64,000 nucleotides of DNA from a virus. The stretch is taken from IMG/VR virus record IMGVR_UViG_3300025853_000033, one strand, 5' to 3'. Positions 1 to 7,634 of the stretch are shown in pieces (the stretch's first letter is position 1; each line of letters opens with the position of its first letter). The position numbers and the translations under genes were made by a program. The notes under the pieces are model-generated. The model was not told the origin of the DNA and did not search any database. It saw nothing but the letters and a program-made list of their open reading frames with translations.

Positions 1-593
1 ACAACTATAACGCATCTATAGTAATCTTCAGCAACTATTGGTGGAGGCATAGCTGGTTGATGATTGATATGAGAGTGATGTATTAATAAAGAATTTTCAT
101 CTCCAGGTACGATAATTTCTCTACCACCATTTTCAATTAAGGTTCCATATATTCTAGATGGATTCTTAAGATAAAATATCATTCCCAAATCAAAATATTC
201 ATGCTTATGAGTATTACCGTAATTTATATATAATTCTTCATTATAGTTTTCTATTTTTGTTCCCTTGAATCTTTTTGCCCAATAAGATTGTACTTCAAGT
301 TGAGAATACCATGGATTGTCCGAAATTGCAGCATAGTTATATAAGTGCGATTTGACTAATCTAAAGAAATTAGTCCAACTTACTTTATGCTGCAAAGTTC
401 TATTTGGAAGCTCATGTGTTGCCTCAACAGACATATCCCATTTATTTACAGACACCTCCAACTCATTATCAATTTCATCAAGTAAATTATGAATATCATA
501 TTTACTGAGTAAATTGTATGCTTTATAGATTAAATTGCCACAAAAATAGAAGGATTCAAAATTTCTTGGATCATCAGGATATTGTAATTCCAT
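1..593 (-). CDS. 2OG-Fe(II) oxygenase-like protein, runs off the left edge of the window (not in ORF track)
   Basis: Hand translation from ATG at 593: MELQYPDD...SYWAKR...THKHEYFDLGMIFYLKNP...LLIHHSHINHQPAMP...YYRCVIV. Jelly-roll oxygenase pattern (HxH, Y-L, distal H, R); no stop before the window edge. Confidence 0.6.
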   Translation of the reverse strand, partial: MELQYPDDPRNFESFYFCGNLIYKAYNLLSKYDIHNLLDEIDNELEVSVNKWDMSVEATHELPNRTLQHKVSWTNFFRLVKSHLYNYAAISDNPWYSQLEVQSYWAKRFKGTKIENYNEELYINYGNTHKHEYFDLGMIFYLKNPSRIYGTLIENGGREIIVPGDENSLLIHHSHINHQPAMPPPIVAEDYYRCVIV

Positions 594-598
594 ATTCT

Positions 599-1156
599 TT
601 AAAAATTTGCAGACAGTATTATCCTTTGATCTTCAGTAGTATTTGTGGGGGCATAATGAGACAAGGCAGATGGAAAAAAGATGATGGTTCCCTCATCAAC
701 TCCCTCTGGTTCATATTCCAATACATTACCATCAATCATAGAAACAAATGGGGCAATAAAAGTAGTTGGTAAATGACTTGACGGATTATAGTTTATATAA
801 CAAACCATACTAAATCCACCAAGTCCATGATTATGAACTCCATGGTAATGTGCTTTATTATATGCTTGGAACCAAGCAGATTTAATTTTAGTTTGATTAA
901 GATTTAGGGAATCAAAAAATTTTTTTATATCATCATATAAGATAGATTCAACAAATTGTGTGTAATTATTCGTCTTTTCAACATCATAATCACTAAATTG
1001 TTCATCAAATTTTTGTTTTGTTAATTTTGCCGAGTTATTATATATTTTCAGTAAATATTGTTTCTTTTTCTCCCAACTAATTACTTTAGACTGATAGAAT
1101 GGGATTGCGAACTCTTTAATAAAAAAATCAGTTGAACTCGGCATTTCTCCTTCCAT
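599..1156 (-). CDS. Putative 2OG-Fe(II) oxygenase (TIGR02466-like)
   Basis: SAWFQAYNKAHYHGVHNHG...MVCYINY...FFPSALSHYAP...RIILSAN. The start may be the ATG at 1144. Confidence 0.75.
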   Translation of the reverse strand: MEGEMPSSTDFFIKEFAIPFYQSKVISWEKKKQYLLKIYNNSAKLTKQKFDEQFSDYDVEKTNNYTQFVESILYDDIKKFFDSLNLNQTKIKSAWFQAYNKAHYHGVHNHGLGGFSMVCYINYNPSSHLPTTFIAPFVSMIDGNVLEYEPEGVDEGTIIFFPSALSHYAPTNTTEDQRIILSANF

Positions 1157-1307
1157 CTAGATGAAATAAAACCTCACTTCTCCACTCCATCAATTCATAA
1201 AAGCATTCTTGTTCATGTGCCACTTGACGTAGTTCGTGATCTGGTTTTAAAACGCTCTCATAAAAAAGATTAAATGCATCGCGGCGTTTTTGTAGTTTAT
1301 CGTCCAT
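1128..1307 (-). CDS. Conserved cyanophage hypothetical protein, 59 aa (below track cutoff)
   Basis: Hand translation MDDKLQKRRDAFNLFYESVLKPDHELRQVAHEQECFYELMEWRSEVLFHLDGRRNAEFN. Fills the gap between two oxygenase genes with short overlaps. Confidence 0.75.
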   Translation of the reverse strand: MDDKLQKRRDAFNLFYESVLKPDHELRQVAHEQECFYELMEWRSEVLFHLDGRRNAEFN

Positions 1308-1818
1308 AAGATTCTCTCTTAATTTTTAATCCACCAACAAGTACTTTTTTAGAGTTCGAATAATTTGAACTATGTACTATCTCTGAGGAAAACAGTAAAA
1401 CTTTACTTTTAACAGGTTTTACTTCTTTGGTGGTATGTGTGTATTTTAACACGGTTTCCCCATCAGTACATGTATTTAGATATAAAATGTAACTAAAATC
1501 TTCTGCATGTTTATGACTATGGGGAGACATAATCCCACCATTACTGTAATCTACAAGATGTAGATAAGTATATTCTAATTCAGATTCTAGAATCTTTGAG
1601 CATATTAGTTGAAGTTCTGCTACTAATTCATAGAATATTTCTTCTTGTTGATACTTAAGAAGATTTACTGTAGCAAAGCAGTTTTTACTCAAGGAACTAA
1701 GTTTTGTTTCTTCTAAAAACTCAAGTGAATATGCAGAATGAAAGTATTCATTAAAAAAATCAACAAACTTAGAATCTACAAAAAATTCTTTATTCATCAA
1801 TATATCCATCAAATTCAA
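1297..1818 (-). CDS. Putative 2OG-Fe(II) oxygenase
   Basis: YSNGGIMSPHSH...FSYILYLN...GET...LLFSSEIVHSS motif order. Confidence 0.65.
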   Translation of the reverse strand: MNLMDILMNKEFFVDSKFVDFFNEYFHSAYSLEFLEETKLSSLSKNCFATVNLLKYQQEEIFYELVAELQLICSKILESELEYTYLHLVDYSNGGIMSPHSHKHAEDFSYILYLNTCTDGETVLKYTHTTKEVKPVKSKVLLFSSEIVHSSNYSNSKKVLVGGLKIKRESYGR

Positions 1819-1984
1819 ACTCTTCTATGTCGCTAACAGGAACTTCGTATTCATTAGCAACCAAATACCAATGTTCTCCGTCACGGATACCAAGGTACTT
1901 CATTTGATCTTCATCAAAATGATTCTCTCGCATCGCTGCTTGTATTTTTAAATGAATTAGTTCTGATTGACTAGGAACCTCCAT
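1790..1984 (-). CDS. Conserved cyanophage hypothetical protein
   Basis: ORF track; tightly packed with neighbours; acidic small protein. Confidence 0.6.
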   Translation of the reverse strand: MEVPSQSELIHLKIQAAMRENHFDEDQMKYLGIRDGEHWYLVANEYEVPVSDIEEFEFDGYIDE

Positions 1985-2211
1985 TAAAACTCTCCATAAA
2001 CTTCTTCGTATTTTGCCATGAGAGCATCCTTCATTTCATGATACGGACCAACATCCGTATCGTACTCATCACCCATGTTAAAGTCATTTGACCACTGAAT
2101 AGCAGCAGTTGCTGCTTGTATCATAATTCGCAATCCTTCACGATCACATGTAATTTGTACAAGTGTCTTTGGATCTGTCATTGTTCCAATTTTCATCGAA
2201 TAATCCTCCAA
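1984..2211 (-). CDS. Hypothetical protein
   Basis: ORF track; operon-like packing. Confidence 0.55.
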   Translation of the reverse strand: MEDYSMKIGTMTDPKTLVQITCDREGLRIMIQAATAAIQWSNDFNMGDEYDTDVGPYHEMKDALMAKYEEVYGEF

Positions 2212-2387
2212 TTAGAGTCCTTTTCTTTGTTAACTGAGAAATAATATTCTTTATTGAGAGATTCTAGGTAATAAACATCATTCTCTTCATGCTTTACCCT
2301 ACAAGAATGAAGACCCATCATGTCAAATTCAAAGTCAATTTTTGCCTTTGAACTAATGGGAGATACACAGACAAATTTAGTTTTCAT
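2193..2387 (-). CDS. Conserved cyanophage hypothetical protein
   Basis: MKTKFVCVSPISSKAK...LHSCRV; ATGA-type overlap with the upstream gene. Confidence 0.6.
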   Translation of the reverse strand: MKTKFVCVSPISSKAKIDFEFDMMGLHSCRVKHEENDVYYLESLNKEYYFSVNKEKDSNWRIIR

Positions 2388-2605
2388 TGTACAAAAATAG
2401 TTCCAGATTTGGGTTTGGTACGATGCTTTTTAATGAAGTTCATCGCAGATGATTGAGTTCTACATTGTTTAAGATGCTCGCCATAGTATACTACCATATA
2501 TCCTTTTTGACAAGGTACAGCAGCGTATCCATCTTTAGTTACAAAACCATCACTACAATCCTTGTAAAAATTGTAAATTTCCTTTAGTTCTTTATCAGTA
2601 GTCAT
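2384..2605 (-). CDS. Conserved cyanophage hypothetical protein
   Basis: DGFVTKDGYAAVP; 4-nt overlaps on both sides. Confidence 0.6.
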   Translation of the reverse strand: MTTDKELKEIYNFYKDCSDGFVTKDGYAAVPCQKGYMVVYYGEHLKQCRTQSSAMNFIKKHRTKPKSGTIFVQ

Positions 2606-3849
2606 CGTTTGATAGTGGAGATTGCTGGTTGACCTTTTACAAATACGGTATCTACAACGTCCTGAAGACGCTTAATAGTAGAGATACCCACGTTGTCGTA
2701 GACAGGGACATGGACAAGACCAAATGATTTAGTGTAATCTTCCAGTTTGCCAGGAGTAAGAGTTCCATTCTGAATCCTCTTGATGTCATCAAGATGAAGG
2801 CGAATAACCCTACCAACAGACTGACACATCTCAATAACATTCATCTGACGCATGAGGATCAGAGAAGTGAGACCAGGAACAGAGATGCCTTCACTGAGAA
2901 TAGAATAGTGCATAACAATGAACTTCTTGTCTGGATCTGCACCAAACTCTTGAATCAGACTAAAGAATTCTTCGCGGGTAATCTTCCTATCGTTTAAGAA
3001 GGCACCATGCTTGCTAGTGATCCAAAGAAGGTCATACCCCATAGACTGCACTTCTGTCATGAAGTCTGTCTCAGCAAGCATCCGCAGCATTACCTTTGTG
3101 TTTGGTGCTGCGATCAGAACCTTCTCCATATGATCTTCATTGTAGATGGTATCAAGCAGGGTCATACAGTCCCTCTCTGCCGCCTCCTCGCCCTTCAGAC
3201 GGTCGGAACCGACGCGAATGGTGTTGATCTTAGGAGGAAGGATTGAACCGTCGTTAATGAGGCGTGGAGCGGGCACGTTGTAAATGATACGGTTGTAAAC
3301 CTCAGTATCATTCATGCCAGGTTTGGAAGAAGTGTGAGAATACTTAGGAGTAGCAGTGAAGAAATAGCAGCGGTTAGAATTAAGAGAGAGATTCCTGGTA
3401 GCACCAAAGAAGTTTTTCTTGATTGAGTTGTGCGATTCATCAAAGTAAACTGTGTCAACATGAATATTGGAATCTACAACTTTATGAAGAGAGTTGTAGG
3501 TGGTAAAGATTATACAGGACTCTGATGCTGCACGGGCAGTATTGTTAAAAAGTGCAATCTTTTCTGGTTTAGTGGTATTGAAGTAAACGGTCTCTCCCGT
3601 ATGAACATGACAAACATGGACCCAGGTAGAGGGAAGAAACTTCATAAAGTCTTCACGCAATTGCTTTGCTAGAAGAATGCGAGGAGCAACAACAACGATA
3701 GTCTTAGGACCAGACTTAAGTTGCTCAAGTGCATCTGCAACCATCGTGAAGGACTTACCTGCCCCAGTGGGCATAACGATGATTCCTTTGCGAACTCGAT
3801 CCATGATGGATCGTGCTTCTGCCTGTGTCGGTCGGAGGTTAAGGGTCAT
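2602..3849 (-). CDS. SF2 DEAD/DEAH-box helicase (type III restriction Res-subunit-like)
   Basis: Q motif LRPTQ, Walker A MPTGAGKS, DESH, FTATP, motif VI QSVGRVIR. Confidence 0.9.
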   Translation of the reverse strand: MTLNLRPTQAEARSIMDRVRKGIIVMPTGAGKSFTMVADALEQLKSGPKTIVVVAPRILLAKQLREDFMKFLPSTWVHVCHVHTGETVYFNTTKPEKIALFNNTARAASESCIIFTTYNSLHKVVDSNIHVDTVYFDESHNSIKKNFFGATRNLSLNSNRCYFFTATPKYSHTSSKPGMNDTEVYNRIIYNVPAPRLINDGSILPPKINTIRVGSDRLKGEEAAERDCMTLLDTIYNEDHMEKVLIAAPNTKVMLRMLAETDFMTEVQSMGYDLLWITSKHGAFLNDRKITREEFFSLIQEFGADPDKKFIVMHYSILSEGISVPGLTSLILMRQMNVIEMCQSVGRVIRLHLDDIKRIQNGTLTPGKLEDYTKSFGLVHVPVYDNVGISTIKRLQDVVDTVFVKGQPAISTIKR

Positions 3850-3882
3850 GGGTCGTGTGCGTTGAACATACTATACAGCAAA

Positions 3883-3903
3883 ATCCCCCCGTTTGGGGGG
3901 GAT
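3883..3903 (-). terminator. GC-rich hairpin, probable intrinsic terminator after the small MTase gene
   Basis: Minus strand ATCCCCCC-CAAAC-GGGGGGAT followed by TTTG. A TATAGT -10-like hexamer lies at 3870-3875 with no good -35. Confidence 0.65.
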
Positions 3904-3907
3904 GCGA

Positions 3908-4324
3908 TCAATCCATAAATTGGTCTAATGTGATTGGTCCCATTGTACCATCAAAACGATAATGATATTCTAAAGCATTTGCACAAACATAATGATGATG
4001 GTCTGTTGGGACACCCAACCTCCTACACAACTCCTTGTGGTTATCTTCCATGAGTTCAACTGCATAAAGCATGTTATTGAGCACATGCTCTTCAGAATGG
4101 TATTTTGTCAGGACTTCAAACAGTTCAACTAAGAAGTTACCATCACCAGCACAGTTGTCGATAAAGGAAGATTCTGGATCTTTAAGAACTTTTTCTGGAA
4201 GATCACCAATCATCTTCCGAATAAGTGCAGGAGGAGTAAATACCTCCTGCGTTTGCTTGATACGCTCATCTGAGCGTTCAAGTTTAGATCCATGCTCCTT
4301 GTTGTGACTGTTCTTAGATGACAT
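3908..4324 (-). CDS. Small N6-adenine methyltransferase fragment (SAM-binding half)
   Basis: Motif X EVFTP, motif I FIDNCAGDGNFL, YAVEL, CANAL. No NPPY/DPPY catalytic motif before the stop. Confidence 0.8.
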   Translation of the reverse strand: MSSKNSHNKEHGSKLERSDERIKQTQEVFTPPALIRKMIGDLPEKVLKDPESSFIDNCAGDGNFLVELFEVLTKYHSEEHVLNNMLYAVELMEDNHKELCRRLGVPTDHHHYVCANALEYHYRFDGTMGPITLDQFMD

Positions 4325-7300
4325 TCTTTTCCTCCAAATATTTTACCTCCTCTTCAGTAAAATTGAATTGATCAACAAGGTTGTTATAGTCCTTAATGTG
4401 AGGTACTTCCGCATTCTTAATAGCAGCAGTATATCCCGCAGTTTTTTTATAGTTATCAATATAAAACTGAATGAGTTTATTATCAAAAATCTTACTAAGG
4501 GCATTCCCCTCTTCTTCTGAAGTAATAGGACACCAAACATTAAGCATACCAACATATCCATTTGAGATAAACTTGTGCTTTTTGTACGTGCGGGAGTATC
4601 CTACAATAAACTTCAACACTTCACCAGTAGTAGGAATGACATTTGTACGAGCAATAAAATTACCAGATTGATAAACCTCATACTTACCATCAGGAACATA
4701 TTCACTCTTGGCAATGTCCTGACCCATCTTCAAGGGAATGCGAGGATGCATTGAATTGGCAATTTTGTTGAGAATAGAATGCTTAAGTGCAGCATCTCCA
4801 ATGAGAGGAAGACCATCTCGCAAATCCCAAGTAAAAGAACCATCATGAGTAATAACATGAGTTTTACCTTGATATGGTTCATTTGTAAGATGCCAACGGC
4901 AAATGGCAACACCTTCGACAAAATAATCATTTGCAGTATAATCGATCAGTTTTAGATTATACTTTGTAGAGAACAATTTAAGGAACTTCTTACCTTTACC
5001 AGTTGTACCCAGAACAGAGGAAGGAGTAACCTCACACATGTCTCCACCAGGAGCAGTAAGTTCAAGATGTTGCTCTACAATAATTGGCCAAAGTTTATTG
5101 TTTTTTGCCTTCTTAGTGGGATCTTTATAGGGTGGATTAGCAATAATAGCAGTGAACTTCATATCAGGATTCGAATCAACAATATCTACAACATCATTTA
5201 TATATTTTACACGATTACGGTGACTATCACAACTCTCCCAAACAGTAATACTATTTGGATCCAGGTCCCTTTCAAGAAGGCGAGCAGTATGAGATCCACT
5301 AGGATCTCCAAACATATAAATTTTAGATAGATCTTTACAATCATCAAGCATAGAATCCAAAAGATCTGTGGGAATATGCCTTTGCATTTGTGAAGACACA
5401 CTGTACTTATCTAATGTTTTTGCCTTAGACTCTTTAAACTGCATTTTTATAGAAGAACTAAGCATCAGGATTTTGCCATTGATTGCATTCTTACCACTAG
5501 GATTTTTGGCAATAACTTTTTCAAGAATTTTATAATGATCGCTAGTAATATTTTTATAAACTTCAGTTTCAATAATAGAGTTAATTGTACACACTTTAAT
5601 GTCTTCAGAAATAAGATAAGTCATAACAAGAGGAATAGACTCTAAAAGTGCCTTAACCGTCTTTACCCGTTGTGTTTCTGGATTGTCCGATTTTTCTTTA
5701 TTTTCTTTTTGCCTGGATTCACAACTTTTATTATTAACACCCACATTATTAGTATTAAGTTGACTGTTATCAATCTCATCGATTAGATTTGTTTCCAAAG
5801 CAAAATCGGAAAAATCAATATCATTAAGATCAAGTCTACTTACAATATTAGCAAAACTAGAATTTGTATCATCACAAATTGTACACAAAATTTCATCAAT
5901 CTTATTCTGATCTAATTGGATAAACCCATTCATCCAATCATTAATACTATCAACAAAGTCTAGCATTTCATATTGTGCCAATTCTGGTTCAATATCAGTT
6001 GCTTTTTGATAGGATTCGCAAATAACACGAAGTCCACGTTCTGCATCAAAATCAATAACATCCCAATCATGATCTGCAGATCCTCCACGAAAAGAAAATT
6101 GCTCCCAAAACTCTTTTGATTCTCCTCCACGGCAATTGATAACAGTATCAATGTATTTGCAAGTCATACCAAGAACATTAGCACTACATGTAAGAATAAG
6201 TGCTTTAGAATTGCGGGCACAAAAATTATTGATCGTATCTTGATCTTCATTAGTATCTCCAGTAACCACAAGAGTTGGAATGTAACATTCTACAATTTTT
6301 TTAAAGGCATGACACTCACCAACTCCTTTCATCGCCATCATTTGATAGTTACCTTGAAACAAACGATTATTAAGTCGAAGTCTAGATGTTTCTGGTCCAT
6401 AAAATTTTACAGCGTAAGCACGAGGAAGAGAATCATAAAGAAACTCAGAATCTTTTCCTTTTTTCTTTTCTTTCAGAGTAAAAATATTACTCATGGCATC
6501 TGGATCATCACCAAAAATCTTTTTATATTCTTCACATTCATACTTAGCAAAATGAATCCTCATCTTAGGACGAGGTTTTTCAAAAAGTCCCTTACGAACA
6601 TCCAATTGCTCATGCCAATACGAATATACAAAACTATTTTCATTGTTAAAATCAGGAGACAGTTTATCTGCTGTGCCAGTGATTAAAAGAAGTTTAACTG
6701 TCTCACCATTGGCAGCATTGAGTTTTTCATGCACAGTTGTAAATTGTTCTGCCCTACCACCAACATGTGCCTCATCAAGTGCAATGAAGTCAATTTTATA
6801 GTTACAAATGGTATTAATACGATTAGAGATGCTTTGAACTGTTCCCCAAAGAACAATATTTACACCATCATGTTCCATCCAGAACTCAAGTTCCTCTTCC
6901 CATTTACTGTCTTGAACATTAATAAGTTTAACAGATGGAAAATATTCTTGATCATCAATCCAACCTTCTTCTGGAGAAGTTGTCCGACAACAAAGAAGAG
7001 TCAACTTATAATTAGCACTTACGATATGACTGAGTGTCATGATACATTTCCCAGAACGACATTTAGCGTTCAGGAGAAACTCTTTCCAAATTTCCCATGC
7101 AGATTTAATTTTTACAAGAAATTTTTCTTGAAAATGCATAAGATTGAGTTCTTTTGCAGGTTCAACAAAAACTTCATCAAATAATTTACGAACAATAAAA
7201 GAACAAGTTTGCACAATTTGATCTACAGAATACCCAGTGAGAATAAAACATTCATTTGACCCCCTACCAGGATTTGAAACGCAATTTGGGAACAATTTAA

Positions 7301-7565
7301 GATCTTTATGACATTTTTTATCACAACCAGATCCAGTTGCAGAAATTCCAAACCAAAAAGTTGTATGTTTTTCACCAATAAGATTCCAATATCCAATGAG
7401 TTTTGTATACTCTACATCATTATGCCGCTTTTCTTTCCTAGAATCTTTAGTTTGTCCAAAAAAGAATGCTTTACTATCCAAATTAATTAGCAAATAAATC
7501 CAAGTATTAATCTTGCCACCACTAAGGTCAAACTCTGTTTGATTTTGAAGAAGAGAAGTAATCAC
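4314..7565 (-). CDS. Multidomain RM-like protein: GIY-YIG-like nuclease / SF2 helicase / N6-MTase catalytic region / putative TRD
   Basis: WIYLLIN...FFFGQT...R..RH (GIY-YIG-like), NAKCRSGKC, DEAH, ITGTA, QFSFRG, IIANPPY. The track start (TTG at 7619) lies inside a -35 box; the GTG at 7565 is a more plausible start. Confidence 0.75.
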   Translation of the reverse strand: MITSLLQNQTEFDLSGGKINTWIYLLINLDSKAFFFGQTKDSRKEKRHNDVEYTKLIGYWNLIGEKHTTFWFGISATGSGCDKKCHKDLKLFPNCVSNPGRGSNECFILTGYSVDQIVQTCSFIVRKLFDEVFVEPAKELNLMHFQEKFLVKIKSAWEIWKEFLLNAKCRSGKCIMTLSHIVSANYKLTLLCCRTTSPEEGWIDDQEYFPSVKLINVQDSKWEEELEFWMEHDGVNIVLWGTVQSISNRINTICNYKIDFIALDEAHVGGRAEQFTTVHEKLNAANGETVKLLLITGTADKLSPDFNNENSFVYSYWHEQLDVRKGLFEKPRPKMRIHFAKYECEEYKKIFGDDPDAMSNIFTLKEKKKGKDSEFLYDSLPRAYAVKFYGPETSRLRLNNRLFQGNYQMMAMKGVGECHAFKKIVECYIPTLVVTGDTNEDQDTINNFCARNSKALILTCSANVLGMTCKYIDTVINCRGGESKEFWEQFSFRGGSADHDWDVIDFDAERGLRVICESYQKATDIEPELAQYEMLDFVDSINDWMNGFIQLDQNKIDEILCTICDDTNSSFANIVSRLDLNDIDFSDFALETNLIDEIDNSQLNTNNVGVNNKSCESRQKENKEKSDNPETQRVKTVKALLESIPLVMTYLISEDIKVCTINSIIETEVYKNITSDHYKILEKVIAKNPSGKNAINGKILMLSSSIKMQFKESKAKTLDKYSVSSQMQRHIPTDLLDSMLDDCKDLSKIYMFGDPSGSHTARLLERDLDPNSITVWESCDSHRNRVKYINDVVDIVDSNPDMKFTAIIANPPYKDPTKKAKNNKLWPIIVEQHLELTAPGGDMCEVTPSSVLGTTGKGKKFLKLFSTKYNLKLIDYTANDYFVEGVAICRWHLTNEPYQGKTHVITHDGSFTWDLRDGLPLIGDAALKHSILNKIANSMHPRIPLKMGQDIAKSEYVPDGKYEVYQSGNFIARTNVIPTTGEVLKFIVGYSRTYKKHKFISNGYVGMLNVWCPITSEEEGNALSKIFDNKLIQFYIDNYKKTAGYTAAIKNAEVPHIKDYNNLVDQFNFTEEEVKYLEEKNVI

Positions 7566-7589
7566 AAGAGAATGATTCAGAACACCGTC

Positions 7590-7625
7590 ACTATAACCCA
7601 TAAAAAAGGGGGGTGTCAACCCCCC
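7590..7625 (-). promoter_or_regulatory. Sigma70-type promoter whose -35 is the loop of a terminator hairpin
   Basis: Minus strand GGGGGG-TTGACA-CCCCCC-TTTTTT, then TATAGT at 7590-7595 (18-bp spacer). Confidence 0.75.
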
Positions 7626-7634
7626 TGTTCCACC

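Noticed and set aside
3908-4324. Small MTase as a frameshifted pseudogene
   Set aside because: It ends cleanly before a terminator, and no NPPY-containing continuation is visible downstream in the 60 bp before the helicase gene.
7566-7619. N-terminal extension MTPPFFMG... of the 1101-aa ORF
   Set aside because: The TTG start lies inside the -35 box and terminator hairpin, upstream of the predicted TSS.
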